Below, piece after piece: positions 1 through 13,631 of a stretch of 64,000 bases of DNA. The number at the start of each line of letters is the position of its first letter. Position 1 is the first letter of the stretch. Position numbers and translations under genes: made by a program. The notes under the pieces were generated by a model. That model did no database searches and had not been told where the DNA came from. It was given only the letters and a program-made list of their open reading frames with translations. The stretch is taken from assembly GCF_006345805.1 (NCBI RefSeq), contig NC_043006.1, positions 38,378,001 through 38,442,000 on the forward strand, in the 5' to 3' direction. This DNA is from Octopus sinensis (lineage: Eukaryota).

Positions 1-369
1 TAATAAGTACTTATGGTCTATTGTCCACGTTTCCAATTTCAGTACTTGAAAAAGCCGCAAACTTTGCGGGAAAACGAAGTCACTGTCAATATTTTATAAA
101 ATGTCCTTCAGGCAACATAGATAATAAGTAATTTATTCAGTCAATCATTCGTTCTTGCTCTACATATTAGGAAAAAAAAAAAGCATTTCTCCTTCATAAT
201 GTTTATACAGTATTTCTAAATTACAAACACACACACCCACACACCCACACAAACGCACTTTAACTGGTAATTGAATATACATATATACTTATGTGTGCAC
301 ACATATACTCACGTACTCGCGTATGTGAAAAGCCCATTTAAAATTATATATACATAAGAATACGATACA

Positions 370-387
370 AAATGACTATATATACAC

Positions 388-420
<33 letters not shown>

Positions 421-534
421 CATACATATATATGCATATATATATATATACATATATATGCATACATATTTATATACATATATATACATATACATATATA
501 TACATATACAATTATATACATATACATATATATA

Positions 535-576
<42 letters not shown>

Positions 577-901
577 CAATATTACATATATATATATATA
601 TATATACATATATAGATATATATATATCTATGATGTGGTGTGTGTGTGTGAGTGTGTGTGTGTGTACATATATAGTGCCTACATATACATTCTTTTCTTA
701 TCTATCTATATCATATATATATATATATACATATATACATACATATATAACGTATGCATACACACACACACACACACCACACACACATATATATATATGT
801 ATATATATGTATATAAATATATATACACGTACACATAAATTCATTAATGCACACCTACAAAAAATATATCACATATATGTGATATATATCTTATCTATCT
901 A

Positions 902-936
<35 letters not shown>

Positions 937-1140
937 CTACACACACACATATATGCATCCATATACACGTGTATACACACACACACACATCAACATTGTA
1001 TATATTAGTTCTTGTACGTGTATTTTGTGCGTATATGTTTGTATTTGTTTATGAAATTTTCTTTTTATGTATTTATGAGTATATATTTTCGTGTGTGTGT
1101 GTGTCAGTGTCAATGTGTGTGGCTGTGTGCGCATGCGTCT
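370..1140. repeat. TA/CA/TG microsatellite field
   Basis: Direct reading. Similar fields at 6770-7160, 16560-17900, 18200-18810, 21690-22270, 25800-26480, 29300-31000, 37450-37900 and 42420-43250. Confidence 0.95.
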
Positions 1141-1319
1141 GACCAGTTATTTTCGCCTTAAATCATTGTATCCCTCATTAAACTCATCTTCTCAGTCATG
1201 CTCTGTGATAAGTTTTGGCATTTTAATTTGTTTCTTCCACGAAGAGCTCTTACAACAACTACAAATATAAAAATTACCTCCATTATTTCGCCAACGCCGC
1301 CGACAGCATTTCACCATTA

Positions 1320-3100
1320 GCAGCAGCAGCAGCAGCAACAATTACCAACAGCAACAGTTAAAAAAGACAAAAACATGACAGCATTCAATATTCATGGTTC
1401 CTTCTCCAGAGCCTCTACTTTTACTCCCAATATCACAATCTCCGGCGTCACCATTTTGGGGAAATTTTTTTTTTTAAGCACCGCCGCCACCATTGCCGCG
1501 ACCATCGGCGACGGTGGTGGTGACGATGGTAGCCATCGTCACCACCACCATCGCCGCCGCCGCCTTTGCCGCCGACATCGCCGCCACCATCGCCGCAACT
1601 ATCACCCCCCCCCCCACAACCACCACCACCATCGCCGCAACCATCACTGCCCCCATCCCATCGCCGCAATCACCACCGCCTCCATCGCTGCCACCATCAC
1701 CGCCGTCATCACCGCCACCATCGCCGCAACTATCACCACCCCCATCCCATCCCATCGCCGCCACCATCGCCATACCAATTGCAATCCCCCACCCACCTCG
1801 TTCTCTCCTTCGCTGCAACCATCGCCACGTCCATCGCCACCTCCATCACCGCTACCATCACTTCTGCCATCGTCGATACCATCGCCGCCGCCATGGCTCC
1901 CCCCCCCAACCACCACCACCATCGCCGCCGCCGCCATCGCCACCACTGCTATCTGCTCCAATAACACACAACCAGCGGCGCCATCAGCAAAGTGTCGCCA
2001 TCGACAGAAGCAACTGCAGTACCAGTCGCAGAACCACCAACTGCGTCACCAACCAACAGTAACTAATAGCATCACCAGAAACTTCCAGAACCTACCAATA
2101 ATCTCTCATCTCTGTCTCCAGGACAACCGTATCACCTGCGTCCCTATCATAATCACCAACCACGTGCTCTACGGCTATTAACGTGCATCTACCTGTCATC
2201 ATAAATACCACCAACACCAACACCATTGCAGTTATTACGACCTCTATCGCTAACGCCCATCAATGGCAACCTTCATCACCACCGTGCCGCCGTATGGCCA
2301 TTCGGTTTGCTAGAAATAGCAGCCAAACTCTCCATCATAATGTTAGCGTGTAAAATGAGGTTCTGGGTCATATCGTAGCGTGTTAAATGAGGTTCTGGGT
2401 TCCGTGCACATATGACAAAAAGATGCGATTGCCATAAATGCAATCTCTTAAATCAAAACTGTGTTCTCAGAGGATTGATTTGGAGCTGAACAATATCAAC
2501 TACAACAGTCACCATCACCACCACTATCACCACCGCCGCCCCCACACACGACCACCACCACCCGTACTACTGCTACCAGCATCGCATCTTCCCATTGTCA
2601 TCACTTTCAGCACCACCACCACTACCATCACATCATCATCATCATTATCATCAACATTACCTCTACCGTCTTCATCACACCTATCCCAATACCATTGTTC
2701 TACCCCCAGTGCCATCCCCATACCATCACCACCATCACCACCGTTGCCACCACGATGACCATCCTCCTCCTCTTTCTCTTCATCATCATCAAATCATTAA
2801 CAACATTACACCACCACCCACCGCTATCACAGCTCCCCTAAAAGATTCACTTCGTCATCACAACCATCATCACCAGCACCAGCAGTACACCGTCATCACC
2901 ACTGCCACCACCACCACCACTTCGTCATCACAACCATCATCACCACCAGCAGCACACCGCCATCACCGCCACCTTCACTGTCTGCACCGTCACCCGCCAC
3001 CATAACAGTCCCCATAAAAACACACCACCACCACCGCCACGACAACCAAGACCACCATCGAGATTCCCAGTGCCATTTACCATCGGCAAAACCATTGATA
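1320..3100. repeat. Cryptic CAC/CAT/CGC trinucleotide low-complexity tracts
   Basis: Open in many frames as poly-Pro/His/Thr; no domain. Confidence 0.85.
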
Positions 3101-3729
3101 ACTAATACAAGTAACACGTTAACAAGTCTAACAAAGAATGAAATTAAAATATGATGAAATGAAGCAAAAAAAAAATTAGATATGCCGCTGGAATGCTTCC
3201 ATGCATGGCTGAACGGATGGTAGAAGGGCGGGAGGGAGGGAGGGATTGGTCGCTGGGAGAGGAGATGAGTTGATGTCTGTGCGTTACTGTGTCGTTGACT
3301 AAGAGAGGGGGTGATCTCTCTTTAGTACGGTTCTGTGTGTGGTTGTGGAGTTGGTATACAGAAAGTATGAAATTCCATATCAGTGTGTGTAGTGAGAGAT
3401 AGAGAGAGAGGGAGAGAGAGCGAACGAGAGAGAGAGGGAGGGAGGGAGGAGAGAGAGAGAGAGGGACAGGGAAAGAGGGAAAGAGCTCCAAAGTATAGCG
3501 CTTCCTCATTCACGGTGTGTGTGTGTGTGCTTGTATGTGTATATGTATAAACACACACACATACACATATATACATATATATATGTGTGCGTGAATATAA
3601 ATATATATATATATAATGTATATATAAAGTTAATCCAAACATGAAAACACAAAGAGAAAGCACAACAACGCGAGGATGTGGAAAAAATATAGTATTATTG
3701 GACGCTCAGGAAGGAAGGGAAGAAGGGGG

Positions 3730-3763
3730 GTTTTACGTTTCGAGCGGAGCTCTTTGTCAGAAA
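3730..3763 (-). ncRNA. Minimal hammerhead-like motif in a short repeat (copy 1)
   Basis: uuu-CUGACAA-A-GAGC-ucc-GCUC-GAAA-CG-UA-aaa; one core change (G8>A). Confidence 0.5.
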
Positions 3764-4725
3764 CATATATATATACATGGTGTTTGTGTTCCATTTATTC
3801 ATTCATTACGATCGTTTCGGACCCAAATCGCCGCCATAAACAATGATTACGTAATATTGATTTGAAACTTTGGCATAAAGCTTGCAATTCTGTGGAAAGG
3901 GCCAAAATGATTCCATTAACCCCAGTGTCCAACTGGTATTTATTCTATCGATCCCCCACCCCCATAAAAACCATGAAAGACAAAGTTGACCTCGGCGGAA
4001 TACGTACGCAGAATGCATAGACAGACCGGACGAAATGCTGCTAATGATTCAGACGGCTCGCCCTTAATGAACCGATTACATGTGATGCATGCTCTCCTCA
4101 TCAGACGGCGGCCAAAAGGCAATACAACACTTGTAGCATTTTATAATATTACATAGGCGCAGGGGTGGCTGTGTGCTAAGTAGCTTGCTTACCAGCCACA
4201 TGGTTCCGGGTTCAGTCCCACTACGTGGCACCTTGGGCAAGTGTCTGCTACTATAGCCTCGGGCCGACCAAAGCCTTGTGATTGGATTTGGTTGACGGAA
4301 ACTGAAAGAACCCCGCCGTATATATGTATATACTTCGTATCTCGACCAACATGTGTCCCCGCTACCGAAACGGTAATTATTTCTACGCCAGCTATGTTGT
4401 GTTGTTTTTGTCTCATTGGTCTAAAGTCGTATGACAACCACCGTTATATATATTTTGTTTATTCATTACTGTTTCAATTCGTTTTCGTCTCTTGTATTCA
4501 CATCCGTCTTGTGCGTTCACATTCCTGTCTTCTACCAAGAAACTAATGCTTACAGCTTAGTTTTTTTCTGGGCTGGCCGAGTTGGAGCAAATATCAGATT
4601 GAACAGCCGAAATTGCTATGATGATTCGGTGTCTGACTGAAGATTGAAGGCTTCGAATGATTTGTCTGTGTTCCGTGTTCGTCCCTTCCTGTATTTCACG
4701 TTCATTATATATAAAAACATTCATT

Positions 4726-4785
<60 letters not shown>

Positions 4786-5035
4786 TATTGTTTTTGTGTG
4801 TTTGTTTGTCTGTGTTTGTCCCCCCAACATCGATTGACAACCGATGCTGGACCGATGCTGGTGTGTTTCCGTCCCCGTAACTTAGCGGTTCGGCAAAAGA
4901 GAGACCAATAGAATAAGTACTAATCTTACAAAGAATAAGTCCTGATTTCGATTTGCTCGACTAAAGGTGGTGCTCCAGTATGGCCGCAGTCAAATGACTG
5001 AAACAATTAAAAGAGTAAAGAGAGTAATCATTTAA

Positions 5036-5430
5036 GGTGGCGAGTTGGCAGAATGGTTAGCACATCGGGCGAAATACTTTGCGGTGTTTCGTCTGCCGCT
5101 GCGTTCTGAGTTCAAATTCTGCGGAGGTCGACTTTGCCTTTCACCCTGTCGGGGGTCGATTAAATAAGTACTAAGTTGCGTTCTGGAGTCGAGATAATCC
5201 ACTGGCCTCCTCCCCCAAAATTTCAGGCCTTGTGCCTAGAGTAAAAAAGAATATTTTATAATATTACATAATTATTTAAGACTGCTAGCTGGCAGAATCG
5301 CTTGTACGTCGGCAAAATGTTTAACGTTTTGAATTCAAATTCCGCCGAGTCGACTTTGCCTTTCATCCCTTCGGAGTGATCACTGGGATCAACGTAATCA
5401 ACTTGCTCGCTCTACCCCTCCGAAACTACT
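5036..5430 (+). mobile_element. Two tandem SINE family B copies
   Basis: Match to the family. Other single copies: 3861-4062(-), 12645-12873(-), 13991-14175(+), 19432-19646(-), 27283-27508(-), 33776-33965(+), 39610-39815(+), 48627-48905(+), 56365-56580(-), 56848-57056, 62598-62792(-). Confidence 0.88.
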
Positions 5431-5589
5431 GGCTTAATCATCTGTGAAATAAGGTAGTGAGCTGCGTGCCGATTTTTGAAACTAATATCATCGTGTGCAC
5501 CAAGTTTATAGGAAACATAACCATGCATAAGCTTTTATGGTATGCAGAGTGTTTCCCTTTCACGTCTTTACAGCGGTATTCTGCATATA

Positions 5590-6156
5590 TTGGGTTGTCC
5601 GGAAAGTTCGTGCCGATTTATAGTAGCTTACCTCTCGACTTATTTTAGAACATGGTTTGAGTCCATAAAATAGGATTTGACTACACCTCCATTTAGAGCA
5701 CAGTTTAAGCTATCTTTTCGTGCAAGAAGGTTTATATTCCTATAATCTGTGTTAATTCTGTAGCCCTTTAAAATGGAAGATAAGAAAGTTCCTTTTCGGC
5801 ACTTTATGTTTTGGGAACCAGACAAAAATTGCTGCAGCTCGGCTGGGATGTGTTACCCCACCCTCCATATTCACCAGATATTGCTCCTTCAGATTTCCAC
5901 TTATTCAGGTCTCTGCAGAATAGTCTTAGTGGTAAAAATTTCAATTCCTTGGATGACGTAAAAAGATACCTTGATGAATTCTTTGCCATGAAACCACCTC
6001 AATTCTGGGAAGAGGGTATTTTCAAGTTAAAGGAAAAATGGAGACGCATTGAGCAACAAAATGGTTCATATTTGGTAGATTAAAAATGTAATGGCAAGTA
6101 TTTATTGACCCTTTTCTTCCCTTTAAAAATCGGCACGAACTTTCCGGACAACCCAA
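5590..6156 (+). mobile_element. Internally deleted mariner (Tc1/mariner), 567 bp
   Basis: Perfect 30-bp TIRs TTGGGTTGTCCGGAAAGTTCGTGCCGATTT with TA TSDs. Transposase N-terminus (MEDKKVPFRHFM) is fused to an open C-terminus (LGWDVLPHPPYSPDIAPSDFHLFRSLQ...NGSYLVD*). Confidence 0.96.
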
Positions 6157-6928
6157 TAATATAATATAATATGAAAGATTCTTGTTGGATTTTTTCTGGA
6201 TTCGGAAGTTTTCTCCGTAGAAGGGTCTTGCTCCAAACATGCTTATTTAGGGACATACATAGGAATTCAAATCAAAATGAATAAAAGAAAGGTCGAGTAA
6301 TGTACAAATCATGCACAATAAAGTATTTTTACGCGATGCGTTATACACTTCGGTCAGGCTGATAGAAGGAAACGAAACAAACGTAGGGGGGATTGAATAT
6401 CAGTCAGAGACGCTAAACGAAGGTGAACAGTAGTAATAAGTTTTACTCTGCAGTAGCTATTTTAAACGAAATGAAACTGCAAATTTTTATCTTAAATTAT
6501 GTCTAATTTATCAATTTCACACACACAAACACACATACACGAAGTCTTTTTCAAAATATTATCGTTCACGTAGCATTAGTAAATTATACATATATTATTC
6601 GTGCTCGTCTGTTTTTCCCTTCATGCCCTTTCTGACACTAACTCTTATTTCTTTCTTCGAGCAAAGGATAATTATTTCACACATCATCGTAACGGGAAGT
6701 TGTTGACGTGAAGTTGTCGAGAACACCAATTCAGCTATGTTCTTAAGAAATGTAAACAAACACATATACACACATATACACATAAATACACACCCACACA
6801 TAAAGACACATACACACGTAAATACATGCATAGATATTTGTATAAGTATTCGTGTGTATCTAAGAGTCTATCTATCTATCTATATGTGTGTGTGTGCGCG
6901 CGTGTTGTATGTGTGCATATACGTATAT

Positions 6929-6984
<56 letters not shown>

Positions 6985-6995
6985 ACACATATGTA

Positions 6996-7029
<34 letters not shown>

Positions 7030-7065
7030 CACATATATGTATGTATATGTGTATATATATATATA

Positions 7066-7122
<57 letters not shown>

Positions 7123-7872
7123 TGTATATACGTGCATGCATATGTATATGCGCGTGTGTGTGAGTGTGTGTTACTCACTCCTTTCCTTGACTTTGCTTGA
7201 TAATTGTAAACGAGTATCACTGTGATGCAAGCGGTGTCCTTTGTTTCCAGTCTTCCATGTAAGCCTGTCTGGGCATGCTGAAATGTTACCTTCCTTGGAA
7301 CAGGTGATGTTTGGCGACAGGGAGGGCATCCAGTCGTACAAAATCTGCCTGGTCCATGCAAGCATAAAAACGTCAATGTTTGGTATATAAACATCACATA
7401 GATCATGACACTTTGAAACAAAACCTTAGAATTATATCAAACATTTCACGTGCTTCTCATTCTGTGTAGTCCGTATATTTACTCAATTACTGATATTTAT
7501 CTACCGCTTCTCCCATAATTCTCATGAGCCATTTTCTATCATTAGTAAAACTCGCAGTATTTTTGACGATACAATATGCTAGTAAAATATAACACAGAAG
7601 TAAAAAGAAAATACAATTTAGTGTGTTTGCATTCCTCGTGTAGTTCGACACTGCCAAAATAGGGCAGTTCATATTCTCCGACGAGAGATTAAAATTAACG
7701 TTTCGAGTAGATCCGCTTTCTTTTTATTCAATGATTTATTATCTGTATTATTCTACTTTATGTATTTATTTCGGGCGGAGTTGGTGGTGACGCAGAGCGT
7801 GTCTGCTTTTCTCGCATTCGGTTTTCGTTTTTCCTTTCTTTTTGCTGAAAACGTATAAACATATATTTTCCT

Positions 7873-8018
7873 GCGTGGTAAGTAGCTTGCTTACCAGTCA
7901 CATGGTTCTGGGTTCAGTCCCACTGCGTGGCACCTTGGGCAAATGTCTTCTACAATAGCCTCGGGCCGACTAAAGACTTGTGAGTGGATTTGGTAGACGG
8001 AAACTGAAACAAACCGAC

Positions 8019-8086
<68 letters not shown>

Positions 8087-8300
8087 TATATTTTTGTGTG
8101 TCTGTTTGTCCCCGCAACATCGCTTGACAACCGATGCTGGTGTGTTTACGTCCCCGTAACTTATGAGTTCGGCAAAAGAGGCCAATAGAATAAGTACCAA
8201 TCTTACAAAAAATAAGTCCTGAGGTCGATTTGCTCGAATAAAGGCGGTGCTCTAGCATGGCCACAGTCAAATGACTGAAACGTGTAAAAGAGTAAAAGAA
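7873..8300 (+). mobile_element. SINE family A (tRNA-like head, CORE-like CCTTGGGCAAG segment, internal microsatellite, AGTAAAAG tail)
   Basis: GTGGTAAG A box and GGTTCAGTCCC B box. Further copies or fragments at 4156-4380, 4790-5026, 16765-16815, 19020-19180, 40965-41305 and 41885-42230. Confidence 0.9.
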
Positions 8301-8331
8301 TACTTATTCTTAGATGAGTGCCTATATATAT

Positions 8332-8657
8332 GGAATACTTCGTCGGTTACGACGACGAATGCCCCAGCTGATTCGATCAACGGAACAGCCTGCTAATGAA
8401 ATTAACTTGCAAGTGGTTGAGCACTCCACAGACACGTGTACCTTAACGTTGTTCTCAGGGAGATTCAGCGTGACACAGAATGTGACAAGGCTGGCCCTTT
8501 GAAATACAGGTACTACTCATTTTTGCCAGCTGAGTGGACTGGAGTAACGTGAAATAAAGTGCCTTGCTTAAGGACAGAACGCATCGCCGGGAATTGAACT
8601 TACGACCTTACGATCGTGAGCCGAATGCCCATACCACAAAGCCACGCGTCTTCACTG
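8332..8657 (-). mobile_element. SINE family C (tRNA-like head with TTACGAT loop)
   Basis: Colinear copies at 35669-35990(-), 53100-53312 + 54480-54590(-) and 62812-63112(-); fragment at 45520-45590. Confidence 0.85.
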
Positions 8658-8659
8658 CT

Positions 8660-8711
<52 letters not shown>

Positions 8712-8713
8712 CG

Positions 8714-9012
8714 TGCGCCCTTTTCATGCCTAGCCAGGCTCATGGGCTCGCTTTCCCGGTTTCAATGGCGTATGTGTTCCCCCAGATGGACTGGACGCCA
8801 GTCCATCGCAGCTTTACTCAAGAAACAGGAAGAGAGAGTGAGAGAAAATTGTGGCGAAAGAGTACAACGGGGTTCACCACCACCCCCTGCCGGAGCCTCG
8901 TGGAGCTTTAGGTGTTTTCGCTCAATAAACACACACAACGCCCGGTCTGGGAATCGAAACCGCGATCCTCCGACCGCGAGTCCGCTGCCCTAACCACTGG
9001 GCCATTGCGCCT
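8714..9012 (-). mobile_element. SINE family D (tRNA-like head, V-domain-like CTGCGATGGACTGGCG motif)
   Basis: GGCGCAATGGCCCAGTGGTTAG...GGTTTCGATTCCC. Partial copy at 40272-40424. Confidence 0.75.
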
Positions 9013-9708
9013 CATACACACACACACACACACACACAATATACAGAATCTTGTTATTGATTTTGGTTCGTCTGAACGTCGGTAAACTACGTATCTACGA
9101 TAGAAGTCTGTGATCAGGTCGAATGCACATCTGCATTTCTAAGTCATCGCTGTAGTTTTTGCTGTGGTTGTTGTTGCTGTTGTTGTTTTTGCTGTTGATG
9201 GTTGCGATGGTGCCGATTGCGGCGGACTTTTCTACTTCTTCTATCTTTAGCAACACATATATACCTGCTGGCATTAGTAGCAGCTGTACCAGTTAACGTC
9301 CGACACAGGTAAATATAGCCACACGAGAGCGGATATACATTCATACAAACTTACACACATATATGTATGCGTGTGCATGTGTCTCTGTATGTATGTATGT
9401 ATGTATGTATGTATGTATGTATGTATGTATGTATGTATGTATGTATGTATGTATGTATACTCATACACATACGTTCATTGTGGAGTGAAGGTGTGAAGAT
9501 AACGGAGAAAGGGTTGTGTTTGTTAGATGTTATAAAATTAAATTATATCAAGTTTAGAAATAACGCAAAAAGATGAAAACGTTACTTGTTTGGTTCGCAG
9601 CAAAATGAGCAAGAATATGCACCAAGCATTGGTGTGCAAAAATAAAAATAAATAAATGCACATTTATACGAACACACACATATAGTATACAGCTTTTTTG
9701 AGACCATA

Positions 9709-9769
<61 letters not shown>

Positions 9770-9856
9770 GGAAAGTTTACAAAAATAAACAAAAGACGAA
9801 GGCAGGTGGAGTACAAACAAACAAATGTATTAGTATAGCGCTCAGGAATAGAAAAA

Positions 9857-9896
9857 GTCTTTTACGTTTCGAGCCTACGTTCTTCGACAGAAAGAT
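9857..9896 (-). ncRNA. Minimal hammerhead-like motif in a short repeat (copy 2)
   Basis: ucuuu-CUGUCGA-A-GAAC-guag-GCUC-GAAA-CG-UA-aaaga; 5-bp stem I, one core change (A6>U). Confidence 0.55.
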
Positions 9897-10012
9897 ACAC
9901 AGAAAAAAAACAAGGAGAGAAAAAAATGTGTGTAGGAGCTAACGATCTATCATGGATGTGTGTGTGTGTACATAGAGAGAGAAAGAGAGAGACAGAGGAA
10001 GGGACAGAGTGG

Positions 10013-10052
<40 letters not shown>

Positions 10053-10091
10053 ATATGAACTGTATAATAATAATATAATAATAATAATAAA

Positions 10092-10642
10092 TACCCTGAT
10101 GCAGTACCAGGCAGTGGCTCTCATGGCTTCTGATCTTAACTGATTGGAAGTGTTATCTTGTACATTTTTTTGTCTTGGTATAAATGATGGGCTACAGCAA
10201 ATATTCTGCTCAATACCAAAGATTTGCTTGTTAGTTGCTTGACCTGAACCAGTTGAGCATGTCCCTTTGTGGCGACGATATGTGCATCTCTGATCATGAG
10301 CAGAAATAGTTGGGGGGCATCATAGCCATATGTTAAGAAGAATTCTTTGGAGTTTGAATAATTCACTTCTGGAAACATGGGTGTTTCGTTCAACACTCTC
10401 AAACAACTCTTATTCGGGGACCTTTTGAGTAGGATGAGCTATTCGATCTGAAGAAAATTCTAACTGCGTCCCACCTTCAAGATCATGCGCTATTAATCTT
10501 GATATGAGATCACCATGTCGCGCACACATGGTTGTGGTGTGTATGTCTGGTGTACCCTTATCAAACGAGTAGTCATGATGGGTATATGGAGCTTATATTT
10601 TACCCCAGTGTTACTTTGATGGCATGCACTGCTCTCTCACTC
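10092..10642 (+). mobile_element. ~550-bp non-coding element embedded in (AAT)n (family E, copy 1)
   Basis: Full-length colinearity with 55785-56331 and with the reverse of 28137-28684. Confidence 0.9.
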
Positions 10643-10752
10643 AATAATAATAATATAATATGTACAAAACATCCGCACATATATATATACATATAGAAAA
10701 ATAGTTCTTTCAAAATATAGTAAAACATCTACAGATATATATAATATTCTGT

Positions 10753-10853
10753 AACAAGAATGGTATTCGCAGTGACTTCGAATTTCGGTCAATTCAGCCA
10801 TCATTTGATTGTCTGGCCAACATTTCGAAGTCACTGACAATGCAGTTCTTGTT
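10753..10853. ncRNA. Pre-miRNA-like hairpin (candidate)
   Basis: ~38-bp imperfect stem with a perfect 13-bp core CAGTGACTTCGAA/TTCGAAGTCACTG and a ~22-nt loop; no second copy seen in this window. Confidence 0.3.
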
Positions 10854-10920
10854 TATACATTAACACTCTAACACTCTACCAAAAGTATTGAGTTCATACA
10901 TATGTATACATGGGTGTGTG

Positions 10921-10960
<40 letters not shown>

Positions 10961-10965
10961 CACAC

Positions 10966-12398
10966 ATACCTTTACTCTTTTACTCGTTTCCTCCATGCAG
11001 CTACGACCATGCTGGAGCACCACCGTGGTCTTTCTGATCTCTTCAGTCTGGAGAGTTTCACATCACCACTCTTGTATGTGTCTTTGTCCCAGCTGTTGTC
11101 CTATTTACTGTATAAGGGAGTTTGATTCCGCTGCCCTTGCCCTCGTCTGCACTTAATGTTGGGCTGTTGGTTCATCCGGTATTGTGGAGAGGAGGATGTC
11201 TAGGTCCTTTTTGAAGACATCTACCTCCACTTTATGCAGATTTCTTAATTCTTCTGACAAAGTATTGAAGAGCTGTAGGCCTTTGGACCCTAGACTATTG
11301 TAGTACCTGGTTCTGAATTTAGATGGAGTGGATGGTACTTTTGGTACAATGCAATGGTGGCCAGTTCTGGCATTTGTATAACACCCAATGGCGAAATTAG
11401 GTACTAGCTCCTCTAGAGTTTTACATATGTAGATTATTGCATGTCTCTCGCACCTTCGCTCCCTGGAGTAAAGTTGCAGTTTTCTCGGCCTCTCCCTGTA
11501 GCTCATCCGCTGCACTGTTACAGTCTTTTTAACGCAGTGGTGTTGGACTGTTTCAAGCTCTGTTGTTAGTTTGTCACTATGTAGTGATCATAACTGGGAG
11601 CAGTAGTCCAGGTGGCTGAGAACAAAGGTTCTTCACAGGGTCAACATAGTTTCTTAGTCACTTGTCTTGAAAGATCTGAATATCCATCCTGCCGGTTGTC
11701 TGCACTTTGCTGCCATCTTGGTAATGTGCATATAAAATAATGCGTCATTGCACATACGGATCCCGAAGTCTTTCATTGCCTGTGACTCTGGGATTGTAGT
11801 GCATTCGTGAGTTGATAGTTCAGTGCTTGAAATTTTCAGCATTAAACTACATGTTGTTTATTTCGGACCACTTGTATATCGAATTCAGGTCCGTTATAAG
11901 CTTGTGACGTCATCTTGATTTTTTATTCCGTGTGGTAGTTTTGTATCACCAGTATAGCTAGTGACAGTGGCTGTCCGAGTGACCGTAGGCATGTCTAATA
12001 AGGTTATATTGAACAGTAATGGTCTCAGAATTAGTTCTCTGGGGTCGCCACTTAGGACTGATTTTCCACAGAAATGGCACCATTGGCTGCAACTACCTGA
12101 CTTCTGTCTTTCAGGAAGTCATCCAGTCACTCTCCCAGTTTATCAGCAATGCCAAGGTCTCGTAGTTTATGCCATATCATGCCGTGACTTACCTTATCAA
12201 ATGTCTATGCAAAATCAAGGTATATCACGCTGATATCTGAATGGTCAAGCAGTTGTTTAAAATCCCAGTCATAGTGTTGTAGGAGTTGTGTGAAGTATCT
12301 TCTTCCTGGACGGAAGCCATGCTGTGTATTGTTCAGTCGGTCATTTTCTTCTAGGAACATTATAAACTTCTCTCTAATGATCCGCTCCATGACATTAC
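10966..12398 (-). mobile_element. 5'-truncated, degraded CR1-group (CR1/L2/Crack-like) LINE
   Basis: RT motifs QHGFRPGR...VIYLDFA (12205-12398) and C-terminal LYSRERRCERHAIIYI...VPN (11153-11515). The 3' UTR ends in a GAGTAAAA-type repeat. Confidence 0.88.
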
Positions 12399-13557
12399 TG
12401 ATATATATATATATATATATATATACCATTCTTGATAAGTGCTAACGCACGAAAGTCTCAGCCTTTGAGTCACTTTGTAGCTCCTGCTAAAAATCAATAA
12501 TAGAATATATATACACTCGTGTTTGTGTTCTATGTTTGTTACTTGCAATGCGAAACACGCACACACACGTGTATGTGTGTGTGAAGACGCATGGCTCGGT
12601 GGCTAGAGCATTGAACTCACAATCTGAGTAACTGAATATATTTATTTCTTTATTGCCCATAGGGGGCTAAACATAGAGGGGACAAACAAGGCCAGACAAA
12701 GGGATTAAGTCGATTACACCGGCCCCAGTGCGTAACGGGTAGTTATTTAATCGACCCCGAAAGAATGAAAGGCAAAGTTGACCTCGACGGATTATGAACT
12801 CAGAACGTAACACCACACGAAATACCGCTAAGCATTTCGCCCAGCGTGCTAACGATACTGCCAGCTTGCCGCCCTGCATAAGATATGTATTTATTAATTA
12901 CCAGGTACAAAAGCACAAACTTTCAAATGATGTTTTCCACTACCGTGAGAGCTTAATTTATGATGCTACATACAACAGCTAAACTGATTGAATAAAATTG
13001 GATACATCTTCTCTGAGGAGCAGTTAGGAACCTACGAAACGGTCTGTAAGGAAACTCTCCCACTTCATTTATTCGTACAAGCATAGAAGGAATATGCTTA
13101 AACTTTTACAATTTCTCTCACAGTTGGGGTTTCTAATGTTTATGTGTATTTCTATTTCTCTGATTCACGCAGTGTTTTGTATATTTTTATGCATATTCGT
13201 CTACACACACACACACACACACGTTGTATATACATGTATATATAAATATTTCATATACATAGTTAATATAACGTGTGTGTGTGTATGTGTTTGTATTGAT
13301 ATTGTAAGACTTTGCCTTCCGACTCGAGAGCACACTTTTCGCTTTCGCTCCACATGAAGCAATATATGTATATGTGTGTGCGAGCGTGTGTTTATTGTGT
13401 GTGTATGTGTCTGCGTGTGTGTATGTGCGTGCGTGTGTGTAGGTGATAGATGGATAGATTGACAGAGAGAGAGTGGGAGGGAGAAGGAGAGAGAGTGTGT
13501 GTGTGTGATAGATAGACAAATAGAGAGAGAGGGGGAGAAGGAGAGTGTGTGTGTGAA

Positions 13558-13592
<35 letters not shown>

Positions 13593-13631
13593 ATGTAGAT
13601 GTTCCGAATAACAGCAGAGATTTGCACGTAC

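Noticed and set aside
309-1142. Ile/Tyr/His/Thr or Val/Cys-rich ORFs here and at many other positions
   Set aside because: They are translations of TA/CA/TG/TATC microsatellites.
1375-2181. Long overlapping Pro/His/Thr/Gly-rich ORFs (also 2438-3117)
   Set aside because: They are stop-free trinucleotide low-complexity sequence open in several frames on both strands, with no domain or splice structure.
9251-9308. Plus-strand 58-nt exon candidate (THIYLLALVAAVPVNVRH) with a signal-peptide look
   Set aside because: No start codon, no partner exon, no homology; expected by chance.
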